Shown here: in pieces, positions 35,083 to 48,832 of the stretch
Layout of the letters: every line of letters begins with the position of its first letter
How positions within the stretch are numbered: position 1 is the first letter of the stretch
Assembly (NCBI GenBank): GCA_002633005.1
Contig: NMRA01000075.1
Span: forward strand, 647,145 to 711,144
DNA: 64,000 bases
Reading direction: 5' to 3'
Source of the DNA: Phoronis australis
Taxonomy: Eukaryota; Animalia; Phoronida
Notes under the pieces: generated by a model
The model's database searches: none
What the model saw: the letters and a program-made list of their open reading frames with translations, nothing else
Told to the model about the DNA's origin: nothing
Position numbers and translations under genes: made by a program

Positions 35083-36939
35083 CCCTTACAAAAATGAACT
35101 TAAGTTTTTCGCTGAAAACTTAAGTTTTTGGCGAAAAAACTTAAGTTTTTGGAAAATAACTTAAGTTTTAGAGGAAAAACTTAAGTTCTTCCGAAAAACT
35201 TAAGTTTTTAAAAGAAACTTAAGTTTTTAAAACTTAAGTTTTTCGCCAAAAACTTAAGTTTTTCAGCACAATGTTAAGTTTTTCAGAAAACTTAAGTTAT
35301 TCAGAAAACTTAAGTTTTTTCAGGTGTAAAACTTAAAAGGGGACTGTAGTCAAAATAATGTTGCAGTTAATCGGTTCTAACATACAAATAAAACTCACAT
35401 TTGCCTNTGATAACTTAAGTTTATCGCTAAACTTAAGTTTTTGTAATTTTAAAAACTTAAGTTTTCCTGACTTCTTAAGTTTTTCAGAAAACTGGATTTT
35501 TTCATTTGTGGAAAACTTGAATTTTCTAAAAACTTTAAGGTTTCTATGTGATGAAAATTTATGTTTTCAAGTTTTTAAAATTTGAAAATTGTGAGATCTA
35601 TTTAATTTTTGGTTCGAAATTTTTTCCCATTATTTTCCAACAAAAAATTATTGTTTGCTCATGCAAAACCCATCATCTCAAAAAAAATGTTGCCTGAATG
35701 TTTCCTTAGCATTTATATAGATGCAAATACCACAAAACGACGAACATTTAACCTGGTCAGTACAGAATTAGTGCAGTTATGTAATCATTACGGCACGTCT
35801 TTGTGAATTTAAATGTAGGCGAACATCCGGTGACCAACAGCAGTAAGAATGCACCCAATGTCCCAATGTTAATCCCCTGAGACACTGACCTGGTCAGTAC
35901 AATGTAATCAATTAATTTCAAGCAATTCTTAAAAAAAAAAACGTAGTTCTTGTGCACGTTTCCTTTGTGTTGGTTGTATTCGTAAGGCAGTTTCCACCGG
36001 AAGTCAACAGTTTGAATATTATAACCGACAGTCAACTTCGAAGAAAAAGTCGTGTGTTGGCTAGCCTGCGACAATGAAGTTTATATTACTACGAGCAGAG
36101 CCAGCAAGAAGACATTTCAGAAGTTTTGGAAGTCAGGTTAGTGCCAGAGAGCGTTCTAAAATCGATTGGCCACAATCGGTGCTGTGATTTCCAACGAACG
36201 TTAAGTTAAGACTTCAGAAGTTCAGTTGTTATTGTCAGCCACTCACGAGTCACGCTGTCACACACCGACATGGACTAATTCTGTGTGTGAATTATCTAAA
36301 CTTCTAACGCGTAATATACTTCAGGGGAAGCCATAACGTTCACATGAGGCTATTACTCTAATATATTTCTGTCTTCTGAGGTTGTGGCAGTGTGATCAAT
36401 GCAAGGGGGGGGGACTACCAAGGCAAAGTGTAATCGTCTCCCAAATTAGAAGAGTAACTATGGTATCTGAACCATTGTCACATGTTCACAGGCGCCGAAA
36501 TGAGCTAGGACGAACTCTAGACACTTCTGTGTATTCATTAGTTTATACACCCTCATGCCTTAAACTTGAGTTGTTGCTAACCTGAATTTCAATTTTTGCT
36601 ATCCGTAAAAATCTTGCATAGTTTTGGTCATCGGTACCTTGTATTAAATTAAAACCAAATTTTAACATATAATGATGCCACATATACTTTTATTTTCAAT
36701 AAATAATTACATTTTTGAAAAATAGATGGACCGCGAAAAAGTCACCCTTCAGACTTCAGAGCGGCAATCCCTAAGACCGTATTCCTCTTCTTTCGGGAGT
36801 TGCCACCGGGAGCCGGGAATTCATAAGAATGTCTTTTGGAATTCCCCCTGAATAAATACCAGGCCTTTTAAACTGCTGTGTAGTGTAGAAAATATGTCGT
36901 CAATCATGCACTTTTTAGCTTTTGCGCTTATCTGCATGA

Positions 36940-37504
36940 CTTGCATCCGCTGACGAACGCGGTGCTTCCAGCATGGGTAAACGCAGGCAAAAATCAAACG
37001 TCATCCTGTGTTCACTGTCTCGCAGGCCAGAAAACCTAATTTCTCATGACGGAACCCATCCCCGCACTCTTTTTGTTTCATATTATTGCTTTGATTCTTT
37101 CTGAACTCGTTTTTTAGCAACTAAACCAATGCTTCCATGTTTAGACATTTTGCCAGAGTCCAGACGATCAGTAGTATCACGTGACAACTTATTCAGAAAC
37201 TGCAGGGCAAGTTCAGAGAATCGAAAGGATTTGACCGCGAGCGTCATCTGTGCACGCTGCATCACACTCGCTCTATTTTCCTTTCAGTGCTCATTCGAAG
37301 ACGGGATTTTCTTTGACGACCACGGGCTTTTTCGACAGTTTTCATAGGCTTGTGTCGGGGTTCGTTACTTTGGAGCAAATGTCGAGCAGGCAATCTTAGG
37401 ATCTACTTGCCTATGCAGCTAGCAAGTACTTTTCAAATTCCACTTGCCCGACGCAAAATCTACATGTACACGGGCAATCGGGCAACCGTTAGTGTTGAGC
37501 CCTG
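36940..37504 (-). mobile_element. 5' fragment of a hAT-like transposon
   Basis: End CAGGGCTCAACACT at 37504 with TTGCCCG subterminal repeats. Decayed YETKRVRGWVPS*EIRFSGL..MTFDFC resembles the N-terminal zinc-finger region of ZNF862-like hAT transposases. Confidence 0.45.
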
Positions 37505-38486
37505 TCATATCACTACAGGTCAATAATTTGCAAGGTTCACTTGCCTCATCCACATACCAATCCTAAAATATGGGGGTGCTCAAATTTTTGGGCATGTTGA
37601 CCTTTTACTAAAACAACGTGGTGTGTTCAGAGCTGTGCACAGTGCATTCCTGAATTACAGCTTTTTAGTGGACTCGTGTCTCGTTTTCTCAATTTTTTTG
37701 TTTCTATGAGGCTGACCTTTTCATGCCCACTTCAGCAAGTGGGAGGGTGCTCGTTCGAGCCTCCCCTTGGTGCGCTTATGTGCTTGGTTCTCAAAATTAA
37801 GAATAACCAATGTAACTATTGTATTGCCTATTTTGACTGATTTGCTCAGGTTTGTCGGGAGGATCTAGGTTATTGAATGCGAAAGGACATCCCGATCCCA
37901 CCCCCCACCCCCGACATACGTCATAATGTACCCAAGTAAACTCTCACCAGTCAACATGTTAACTATTGTTAAGCACAGTGAAACTTGCATAATTCCTATC
38001 TAATCGCACCAAATAATTCAATGCAAATAAGGAAAATCTGTGTGATTTGACTTTGGGATTGAGTATGTGCTTTCAAATTTTTACCGGGTTGTGGAATACT
38101 AGAATGTCGCAAAAGTTTGCATGTTCAGACTTAAAATTTTCACATTCAATGCGAGTTCAACTGGTTTTATTGAAATCAAATATTTCAGTTTCATGGTGAA
38201 AGTGATAGTTAATCTGGGTACAACTTTACCTAGGAGTTGAGTTGAGTTGAATATGGACTGACTAGAATGATCTCCCCATGTCTGTAGGGGCATATTCTTT
38301 TCCCTCTAGAAATTTGCTTGGAACCTCAATTTAATATCTTTGCAAATGTCAGCCAGTAAAGTGATTGGTAGGAGTACAGGATATAGTGTTTTTATGTTTA
38401 CTGTAGTACATGAGATAATAATTTTATTTTTACTGTAAACTATTATGGTTACGCAAGACTTCTCCTGAAGACCATGCCAGTATCTT

Positions 38487-38649
38487 CAATGGTGGATTCA
38501 GAGGACAGCTAAGGGGCCATGGCCCCGGCCCCCTAAAACGCTACAAGATCAATTGGCAGTTGGGGGGCAGGGGGTGAATATCTGATGGGCAAAACCCTAC
38601 TCTGCCCCAACCCCCCAACTCAAATTCCTGGACCCCCCCACCGCCCCTG
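38487..38649. mobile_element. GC-rich MITE with 5-bp TSD
   Basis: CAATGGTGGATTCAG...CCGCCCCTG, flanked by ATCTT on both sides (38482-38486 and 38650-38654). Confidence 0.65.
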
Positions 38650-39549
38650 ATCTTTACATGGTTAACATTCCCTGTAAATGGGTTATGTCTGGATTTTTAA
38701 GAAGCTATCACATGCTGTTATGTTTGCTAATATCTCATTGTTTTCAGGTCTCTATTAACTTGGCGGAGTACTTGGAAGAACTAGACATCCAAACATTTGC
38801 ATCGAAGCAATCACCCAGGTGTGGTATTGGGCTGTTTACATCGACATGGCAGGTAGAGCTTCACATGTTTCATTGTTGAGTTAAAAATAGTGCTGCTATC
38901 AGGGTTTGAAGTTGAAACAATATAAATTTGTCCTTGGTTTAGCCAATGGGCTTATAATCTTTAACAAGCTCACTTGTTGCCATTTAGTCAAGTCAATCTA
39001 AAGCTTCTTGGTTTTGCTATAAGTTTCAGAAAGGACACGCGGAAGTATACATTTCAGATTAAACTTTCAGTTCTAACCCTGGTTGTGCCAGCTAAATGTC
39101 CATAAGAAGTTCTATGGTGGCTGGAGACAGCTAGTTAGAATACAACTAGCTCTGCTCATTATGTAGAGTTGTGCATTTTCTTATCAGATTAACGAATGAA
39201 ACAATGAAAAGTTCATAAAAATAATGGGAATTGAAGTTTATTGCAGTTGCCAACAGTTTCATCATTTGATAAAAATATTAATTAATTTGTCATAGAACTT
39301 GAACTAAAAAGTTACATGATACGATACCTGATTAGCCCTGAAGTCCAACTTTTATTAACACATTAAGTTTTGTCATATGCACGGTTTGTTCTAGATTGTA
39401 ATAGCATAATAGGTGACCATGTGCATGTTTTGTATTCAAGTTGTATAGAATAAAATTGTTTTGAATGTTGCGAATCCAGGATTAAAACTTCATTCAAAAC
39501 AGTATGTGGAAAACTGACCCACTGCAGTGAATGCTTGAAGTAAACTTGC

Positions 39550-39934
39550 AGACTAGTCTTGCACTTGAATCCTGGAGAGTGATTCGTTAATTTTTGAGTT
39601 TGAAGACTATTCTAGGCTCTGTATATAAGTCAGGAAGTTTAACAAATCAGTGCTGTATAAACAGCACGATAAATATCCAGCAAGTTAAGTTGTCTTATAC
39701 TGATAGCTTTTACCCGTCTGTTATTAAAATTTGTTGTCTTTTAGACTAGTCTTGCACTTGAATCCTGGAGAGTGATTGGTTAATTTTTGAGTTTGAAGAC
39801 TATTCTAGGCTCTGTATATAAGTCAGGAAGTTTAACAAATCAGTGTTGTATAAACAGCACAATAAATATCCAGCAAGTTAAGTTGTCTTATACTGATAGC
39901 TTTTACCCGTCTGTTATTAAAATTTGTTGTCTTT
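39550..39934. repeat. ~193-bp tandem duplication
   Basis: Two copies differing by about three substitutions. Confidence 0.9.
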
Positions 39935-41684
39935 ATAGCAGAGTGTGCCTTCAACAATCGTTGGATAAGGAAGGCTACCCAGACAACGCAACGTACGCAC
40001 TTACGAACTGCAGCTCATGAACCTATGAATTCAGTTATCTGAGCTGAGAAACGCGCGTCTGTAGTCACAAAACATGGATTATTTGCCTGTGAAGCTAAGC
40101 GAGCAGATCCAGCTAAAGAAGATTAAGTGGCTTGTGATCTACCATAGGGCCTTTTCACATAGACTTAACTCTTGTCTGAGCGGAGCATCGGTGTATACTG
40201 CGAAGTTAAGTGGACCGTTCATACTGGCTTCGGTAGTTAATGAACTTCGAAGTAAACAGTAGGTGATGCTGTCGTGATCGAAAGTATCGCAAGGTAGCAC
40301 TGCACGCTAAGATGTGACAACTTGGGAACATTTACATGTGTTAATTGACGCAAAACTTATTTCTAAATTGATTGGTGATTATTAGAGCAAGGTATAAGCA
40401 ACTATTAGCCATCACACTACTATGCAATTGTTAATGATAACAGTGACCCCTGGCAATAACTTCGATAGGACTGAAGTTGATAGTTTATACTGACAGTAAC
40501 TTCCAAAAACTTCGATGCGTTGATGTTAGTATGAAAGGCCCTATATTTGTATGAAGTTCAGTAGCTTTAAATTAAAGGAAAATGAATATTTTTGTGGTCA
40601 ATGGTCTAAGTTTTCTAATTTCCATCTCGTATAACCAGGTTGTACTTAGGGTTACTTTTAGTGAAACTTGTTCGCACCATGGAGTGTATTGGATTTGCTT
40701 TTATTATGATTGTCAACAAAACGAAACTTTGACATTTAAATTGATATTTTTAAGGTTGCAAACAATTATAGGTGATTCTAGGCACTATTTCTAGCATAAG
40801 CATTGTACTTCCCAAAATCAGACCTGTCGCCATTGTCGATAAACTTTTAGTTACCTGTTACGTTTTATGTTATGCTTTTGTCTCTGCAGATATTCTTGGA
40901 TTTTGCATATTAAGTGACTTGTTATTCTTGGTGTCATTGCTGTAATTTTAGTTGAAACGTANNNNNNNNNNNNNNNNNNNNNNNNNNNNNNNNNNNNNNN
41001 NNNNNNNNNNNNNNNNNNNNNNNNNNNNNNNNNNNNNNNNNNNNNNNNNNNNNNNNNNNNNNNNNNNNNNNNNNNNNNNNNNNNNNNNNNNNNNNNNNNN
41101 NNNNNNNNNNNNNNNNNNNNNNNNNNNNNNNNNNNNNNNNNNNNNNNNNNNNNNNNNNNNNNNNNNNNNNNNNNNNNNNNNNNNNNNNNNNNNNNNNNNN
41201 NNNNNNNNNNNNNNNNNNNNNNNNNNNNNNNNNNNNNNNNNNNNNNNNNNNNNNNNNNNNNNNNNNNNNNNNNNNNNNNNNNNNNNNNNNNNNNNNNNNN
41301 NNNNNNNNNNNNNNNNNNNNNNNNNNNNNNNNNNNNNNNNNNNNNNNNNNNNNNNNNNNNNNNNNNNNNNNNNNNNNNNNNNNNNNNNNNNNNNNNNNNN
41401 NNNNNNNTTTTGGAACAAGTTTTTAGTAACAAACATAAGTCATCAAAACTTAAATTTTCAGAAAACTTAAGTTTTTGAAAAACTTAAGTTTTCAGAACTT
41501 AAGTTTTTCAAAAACTTAAGTTTTTGAAAACTTAAGTTATGAAAACTTAAGTTCGTTCCAAAAAACTTGTTCCAAAATACTTAAGTTTTCGACAAAAACT
41601 TAAGTTTTCGGGAATAAAAACTTAAGTTTTTCAGACCAAAAACTTAAGTTTTTCGATGAAAACTTAAGTTCATTTTTGTAAGGG

Positions 41685-41935
41685 CAGGAAGTCGAAAAAA
41701 CGATATACCCGCTTTCTTCGCAGCTTCATAATTCGGACAAGCGGGAACGATGCACTGCAATACAGCGGCATTCAATCTGCAGACGAACCACTGACGTCGC
41801 TGCGTCTTTTCTCACCTTCCTCACAGGTTAACGCGACACCTCTCTGCAAGGTGAGGTCGACCGTATAAGAGGCGATGTGGATATAGACCGATTAAGACAG
41901 TAAAAAAGAATAATTGAACCAGGTGACTTTCTCCT
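41685..41935 (-). mobile_element. Kolobok-like element left end (copy 3, truncated)
   Basis: Reverse complement of 25823-26065. Ends CTCCT|TTAA. THAP start CIVPACP..ISFFRLP is cut by the CACTA-like TIR. Confidence 0.8.
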
Positions 41936-43753
41936 TTAAACATGCCATGCAGTGTAGTTTCGAATGTAGGCCCTCCCATTGGTGGTATCGTTAAAACAGC
42001 ACAGCTCATGAGACCACGTCGCTTTCTTAACCCTTGCCTCTGGACTTGCACCAAACTAACCTACATTTATCTCCACACTCATTATGACGTTTTCCCGTTG
42101 TTCCCAACTTGTTCGATTCTAGAGCCCAAAAGCAAGTTTGGAAGGTTACCCCTCTAGCCAATATCTCACACGAGTGATTAACTCCATTCTGGCATTCATG
42201 GTTGGAGGGCCAGCTCTCTTTTTTCGATAATTGCTCTAATCTTCAATAAGATCATATCTAGCCTGACTGGGCAGTGCTGTTAAAAATAAAAGTTGGGTTA
42301 TAACATATTTGAACATAAACCAATAGCATTTCTGAAATCCCAATCAAATGGTGATCATGTTTAGTTTTTGAATCGCCAACTGCAACCGAAGTTACGATAA
42401 TATTTTCTTTCCGAATGTACCAATTCACTCTTTGTTTGACGTTGTTCACACGTGGTCTGTAATAAGCCTGATAGATAATTGGCCTGCCTGTTGTCATAAC
42501 AGACAAAAGAGTGTGCTTTGCAGTTAACAAAGAAGCTAGGTGTTATTACACGCTCCCAACCATCTAAGTTTGGTAAAGTCACCGAATGGGAAAACGCAGT
42601 CATGTAGCCGGACCACTATTCATACATGCATAGGTTTAGTAAGACAGCGTGGCAGCATTTTGTGACTTGTGGTCAATCGTTTGCCGACTGAATAGGTGAT
42701 ACTGACTGGCCAGAAAATCGAAGCCAACGCACATTTGTGAACTATGCGCTCACGGCAACTGTTGTCACCCTGCGGATGACACGGACTCACATGAGAAGCT
42801 GAGGGCCACTGAACAACAAGTTGGAAGTTACAAGAAACAGAACGTGATTTAGTGACACGAAAAGTGGAGTTTTCTTTATTAAGATTTTTTTATTTACTGC
42901 GAGCCAGTATTGAAGGCCTACATGTAGTTGTGAGCTATTAAACTTGCATAGCTTCACGAGAACTGAACCCGAATTAAACCTTATAGAACACTTTTAATAT
43001 CAAACAGCTGTTGATACAGTGTAGGCGAGTTTCTTGAATTACCGATCCGGCGCTCAGATATTCAGGAGTTCCAAAAAGCCATTTAAAGCAATTTTTACTT
43101 CGGCCACTCTGATTTTCCAGATTTCGGCAAAAAATCGTTCGTTCGAGGAATGAAGCTTCCCATGGCGGTACTAAGGACACCCTTGATATGGTTAGTTGTT
43201 GGCGGTCCCATCCCTGGTAAAAAGTATTATCTGTCCTCGTTGAAGACAGCGACTCGGTGTGTTTATTTCAAAAACTTAACGCAATTTCACCAGAACTACT
43301 AAACACCGAATTAATGACAAAGTTGCATTTAACATTGATTAAAGTAGCATTTGACATATTACTTAACACACTGTTTCCATGAAGTTTTCATTGATGTCCA
43401 TCACTATTTACCAGACGTCGCCATCAGTTGTTAGACTCTTTGCATGACACTGAGACAAACTTTAGTGAACTCAAAACACTGAAAATCATCTCCTAGACGC
43501 ATATGAGAGCGTAGCAGACGTCCTGGCCCGCCTGTCAGACTTTTATGCAAAAAGTGGTTATCATGCAAACGTAGACAAAATAAAAAAAGAGACTGAAAAT
43601 ACTGAAGAAGAATTTGACAGGGAGGAGAGCCAGTTCGAGACATGCGCAAGTGAGACCAGATCGGTTGTTGACAAAGCAAAACATTATGATTCCCAGCCCC
43701 CACAACACGCTGTTAAAGTCGAAAATAAAGCAAAACACAACACATCTCCCCCC

Positions 43754-46700
43754 TTGCCGGAGGTTTCATCCCGTCTATACCAAGGCCCTTTTACAACTAC
43801 TGAAGGTACCCAACTGTATGACGGTCTCGCTGACGATGAAATAGGTAGAGACATGTGGAAGCAACTGACAAGGGTGTCCATCCCGACTTTCAATGGCGAA
43901 ATGAAAACATACGGTAGATGGAAGGCAGCGTTTGTGGCTCGTGTGGACAGAGCGCCAGCGACCGCAGAATGCAAGTTGTTGCAGCTCAAAAAGTACCTGT
44001 CTGAGGATCCACTGAGAATCGTCGAAAGCCTAGGCCATTCGGCGTTGGCTTATGAAGCAGCGAAAGACACTCTTGAGAGAAAATATGGTGGACTGCGTCG
44101 TCAAGTGAACCTGCACTTGGAAGAATTAGAACAGTTGCGACCGATTCGTCCTAGCAATGGGAAAGATGTCGACCGATTGGTAGATCTGCTAGAAGTTTTG
44201 ATTATCAACTTGAAAGACACCGGACGAACTGAAGAACTTGGCAACGGGTCGCTGTACCTAAAGATCCTGAAAAAGATGACTGAGAGCATGGTTGCGAACT
44301 ACCACCGATGGATGTTCGAACACAATAAGCCAGAGTGTGTTGAAACTTTGCGCCAGTGGATCATCAAAGAAGCTGAATTTCTGACGGTTGCTGAGGAGAA
44401 ACGGCGAAGTTTACATGTAGCTACGAAACACAGAGATGCTTCACACACATTCTTTGGAGAGACAACAACACAAAAGGACAGAAGACCCATGGCGTCATGC
44501 AAGGTTTGCAAGAAGGATAACCATCCTCTGTGGCTCTGTGATGACTTCAAGGCGATGCGTGTCACTCAGCGATGGTACGAAGCGAAACGTGTCGTAGCTT
44601 GTTTTCGATGTATGAGATGCAACCATAGAGGAAGCGAGAGTACCCGTGGCAGACAGTATGGTGTTAATGGCTGCAGGGGAAATCACAACCGACTACTACA
44701 CCGAGAAGGTCCCTCAAACAGTAGAAACAACAGTGATGCGAGAGCAGAAGATGGATCTAGTCCTTCTAGTCGGCCTGCTCCTGGCACTGAGGGGGAGCAG
44801 GATACCAGAGCAGAGCGTACACATACACTGTACAACGACGATGAAGACTTCAGACTCCGATTCGACAAACACGTCGTGGCAGTGCGCGCTGTCCCGGTGG
44901 AGGTGATGAACGACAGTCGTAAATGATCATCAATGCTATACTCGACGATGCCGGCACGAAGACGCACATCAATAGTGACGTGGCTTCCCAGTTGAGCCTG
45001 CGTGGCGAAGTACGCAGCGTTACAGTCAACACGCTGAGCGGACAAGAGAGCAGTTTTTAAACGATGCCTGTGGAGTTTCAACTCAAAAGCCTAGACGGAC
45101 GGACCGACATAACAGTTTCGGCGTTCACCGTGAAAAGAGTGACTGGAGACTTATGTCATGTCGACTGGATGTTGCTATCTGCCAAGTGGAAACATCTGCA
45201 AGGACTCCCATTTCCAAGTCTCAGGCTTCGATCTTTCGTCGACTTGCTCATCGGAATAGATCATGCAGAACTACACTACTAACTCAAAGATGTACGAGGA
45301 AATCCCGGAGAGACGATTGCCAGATTGACTCCTTTAGGGTGGACGTGCATTGGGGGAGCACGTGAAAATGAGAAGTACTCCGCCAATGTCAACGTCACCT
45401 TCTTCGCAGAGGAAGCAGATCATGAGCTAAACACTACACTACAGAAGTTCTGGGACATCGAAGCATCCGGAACCGTAAGGCGTCCTACGAGTCATACCGA
45501 AGAGGATAAGAGCGCAGTCGCACAAGTAGAAGAGTCGGTGAACTTCAAGGATGGTCATTATGAAGTATCGATGCCATGGAAGAACAGACAAGAGTTACCT
45601 GATAATTACAACACAGCTCTGAAAAGGTTAGAGAACACCGAAAAATGGCTGAAGAGAGATCCTAGCGTAGGAAGTACCTATTCGAAAACTATAGAAGACT
45701 ACATGAAAAAGGTTACGTCTTAAAGACAGAGTCATCTACTTCCATCGTAGGAAAAGCTAGAGGAGACGTTTGGTATCTGCCACATTTCCCGATCGTGCGT
45801 CCAGACAAGATTACGACTAAAGTTCGCATCGTGTTTGACGCATCAGCGAAGCATGAAGGCGTATTCTTGAACGACATGATACACAAGGGGCCAAAGTTAC
45901 AGCGAGACTTGTTCGATGTGCTGATTCGATTTCGGCGGTTTCCAGTTGCTCTCGTGTGTGACATAGCAGAGATGTATCTACGCATCGGAATAATCCCTAC
46001 CGATAGATCGTTCCACAGATTCCTGTGAAGAGATATTGACCTATCGAAGCCACCAAGCGAATACCAGTTCAATAGACTAGTATTCGGGGTCAACTCCTGC
46101 CCATTCCAAGCTCAATTTGTGTCACGAAAGCATGCATAAGACAACAAGAGTCGTTTTCCGCAAGCCGCGGAGTCAGTCTTAAAGTCGACCTACATGGACG
46201 AGAGCATGGACTCTACCTGCACTGTCACAGAATGCATAGAGCTGTATCGTAAACTGTCACAGTTATGGGGATCTGTAGGGATGCATGCCAGAAAATGGCT
46301 GTCTAACTCCGAAGAAATCATTAGAGAGATTGCTCCGGAAGATAGAGCTACAGAAGTAGATTCGGACGAGGGAATCTTGCCGTCTATAAAGACATTAGGC
46401 GTGACTTGGGTTGCTAATGAAGACGTCTTCACGTTTAAGGCGAACGCTCCTGATAACCAAAAGCCGTTGACAAAGTGCAGCTTTCTTGCCAACACAGCGT
46501 CCTTATTCCACCCGATGGCATTCTTAGCGCCATTTGTCGTCAGAGCCAAGATATTACTGCAGGAACTTTGGACGTCAGGCATAGAATGGGACGATGAGCT
46601 GGAGCACGATTATGCTGTAAAGACGAAAAAGTGGTTTGAAGAATTGCACCAATTGTCTGACCTTAAGATATTTCGGTGCCTTCAGCTCAACCTCGAGTTC

Positions 46701-48786
46701 CTGTCGAGCTCGCTGCATTTGTTCGTGGATACTTCTGGAGACGCCTATGGTGCGGCTGTTTATGCCAGATATGAATACACCAACGGTAAGATGTCGTCAC
46801 GACTAGTAGGAAGCAAGACCAGAGTAGCTCATTTGAAGCCACAAAGCATTCCGAGGCTGGAACTGATGGGAGCAGTTAGAGGCTTGAGGCTTTGTCTGTC
46901 AGTTGCCGATATGTTGAAGATTGACAGAAATGTTTTGGTGTTTTGGTCAGACAGTATGAACGTCCTTTGGTGGGTACGCGGCAGGGTCGAGCCTTCAAGC
47001 CTTTTATAGCCAACCGAGTGGGAGAGATTCAAACCTCCAGTCAGCCAAACCAGTGGCGTCATGTACCCACTTCGATGAACCCAGCAGATCTACCAACAAG
47101 AGGAATGTCCGTTGAAGCTCTCAGGGAAAGTACGCTGTGGTGGAACGGTCCTGATTTCTTGGAGCTGCGAGAGTCAGAGTGGCCTGAGACAAAGATTTCA
47201 CCAAGCCCTGAGGCAGTCATAGAAACTATAAAGAGAGCTATGTCGAGTGTCCTTGCAGCTAATGACTCGAAGGGCGACCAAGTCGTGGTATCGGTCGTCG
47301 AAGACAGACTTTGGAGACTCCAGCCTGAGAGGTTTTCTAGTTGGCAAAGACTAGTGCGAGTTCGGGCATGGGTTCGTCTTTTTCGGAACAACTGTTAGGT
47401 GCCAGCACAACTGAGATGTCACGGAGAGTTGAAGACTCAAGAAATTTTAGAAGCAGAACTTTGAATCATAGCTTAAGCGCAACAACTGTCATTCCCTGAC
47501 GAGTATAGAGCTTTGACTATTAAGAAGCCCATTTCGTCGAATAGCAAACTCCTAAGCCTGAAGCCGATGTTGGATGATGGTGGTGTACTGCGATCGGACG
47601 GTCCATTGGTGCATGCTGATTACTTACCCTATGACGCGAGATTCCCAATCATACTGCCCAGGAAGAACTGGGCGACTAAGCTTATTGTCAAGACTCATCA
47701 CGAGAAGGGGAATCAGCAGGCAGGAGCTAATCAGACTTTGGCATCATTGTCGCATCCCTTCTGGATATTGCAAGCCAGAGAAAAGATTCGTGAATGGGAA
47801 AGAGAGTGCTATGGATGTCGAAGACACAAGGCTGGGCGTGCCTCTCAGGTCATGGCACCACTTCCGAAGATTCGACTAAAGCTGCCTCTGCGAGCCTTCG
47901 CGAGAGTCGCAGTTGAAAACGCAGGACCCTTCGTTACCAAGCAAGGAAGAAGCATGCGAAGAACCAAACGTTATCTTTGCTTATTCACATGTTTGCTGTC
48001 TAGAGCCATCCATTTGGAGATGTCCTACAGTTTGGACACTGACTCGTTCTTGAACGCGTTCTTTCGTATGGTGAATAGAAGAGGTCGACCGCTAGAAGTC
48101 TTGTCAGACAACTGAAGTAACTTCATTGGAGCCGAGCGAGAACTGAGAGAGCTTGTGAATAAGCTAGACAAAGACGCCATCGATCAGCATTCAACAACGG
48201 GATACAATGGCACTTCAACCCGCCCTTGGCGCCACACTTTGGAGGAGTGCATGAAACCATGATCAAGGCAGCGAAACGAGCTACCTACGCTACACTTTCA
48301 CAAGCAGATATTACAGATGAAGAGTTAGTAACGGCGTTCACTGGAACTGAGGCATTAATCCATTCACGTCCGTTGACTTACCAATCGTGTCACTCATCAG
48401 ATGATGTCTCTTTGACACCAAATCACTTCTTGTTCGGCCAAGTTGTTGGAGAGTTCGCGCCAGAGTCAGTGGATGCCACAGGCTTCAACCTGAAAATCAT
48501 GTGCAGGCGTGTCCACTTTTGGAGTAGCAGGCTTCGAGAGTGGTTGCCAACGTTAAATCGAAGAGCCAAGTGGTGGCATTCCAAAGAAGAGGTCAAGATC
48601 GATGACGTTGTTCTAGTTCTCCTTCCGGATTCGCCGAGAGCACATTGGCCTCTGGGAAGAATCATAGACGTTTACCCTGGAACGGATGGACATGTTCGGT
48701 CGGTCAAGGTCAGAGTTGGGAAGAAGGTGCCAGTGAGACCGCTTACGAAGATCTGCCTATTGGCGTTGGACTGTGAGCCGCGTTGA
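43754..48786 (+). pseudogene. BEL/Pao gag-pol polyprotein broken by multiple stops and frameshifts
   Basis: ORF-track pieces 43754-44926, 45064-45282, 45325-45723, 45795-46028, 46194-47009, 46943-47398, 47513-48115 and 48226-48786 are collinear in Gag-PR-RT-RH-INT order. Confidence 0.93.
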
Positions 48787-48832
48787 ACTTGCATAGACTT
48801 TGTGTCGATGGTTCCCATCGAGAGGGGGAGGA

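Larger units (their letters stand above)
35083..41684. mobile_element. CACTA/EnSpm-like element ends (CCC-type) with palindromic subterminal repeats
   Basis: Perfect TIR CCCTTACAAAAATGAACTTAAGTTTT / AAAACTTAAGTTCATTTTTGTAAGGG, with roughly 15 left and 11 right copies of the AACTTAAGTT palindrome. No transposase recognised. TSDs do not match and an assembly gap lies inside. Confidence 0.7.

Noticed and set aside
35095-35560. CRISPR-like regularly spaced palindromes
   Set aside because: The repeat is only 10-14 bp with short A/T-rich linkers and is mirrored at 41446-41684 as transposon subterminal repeats.
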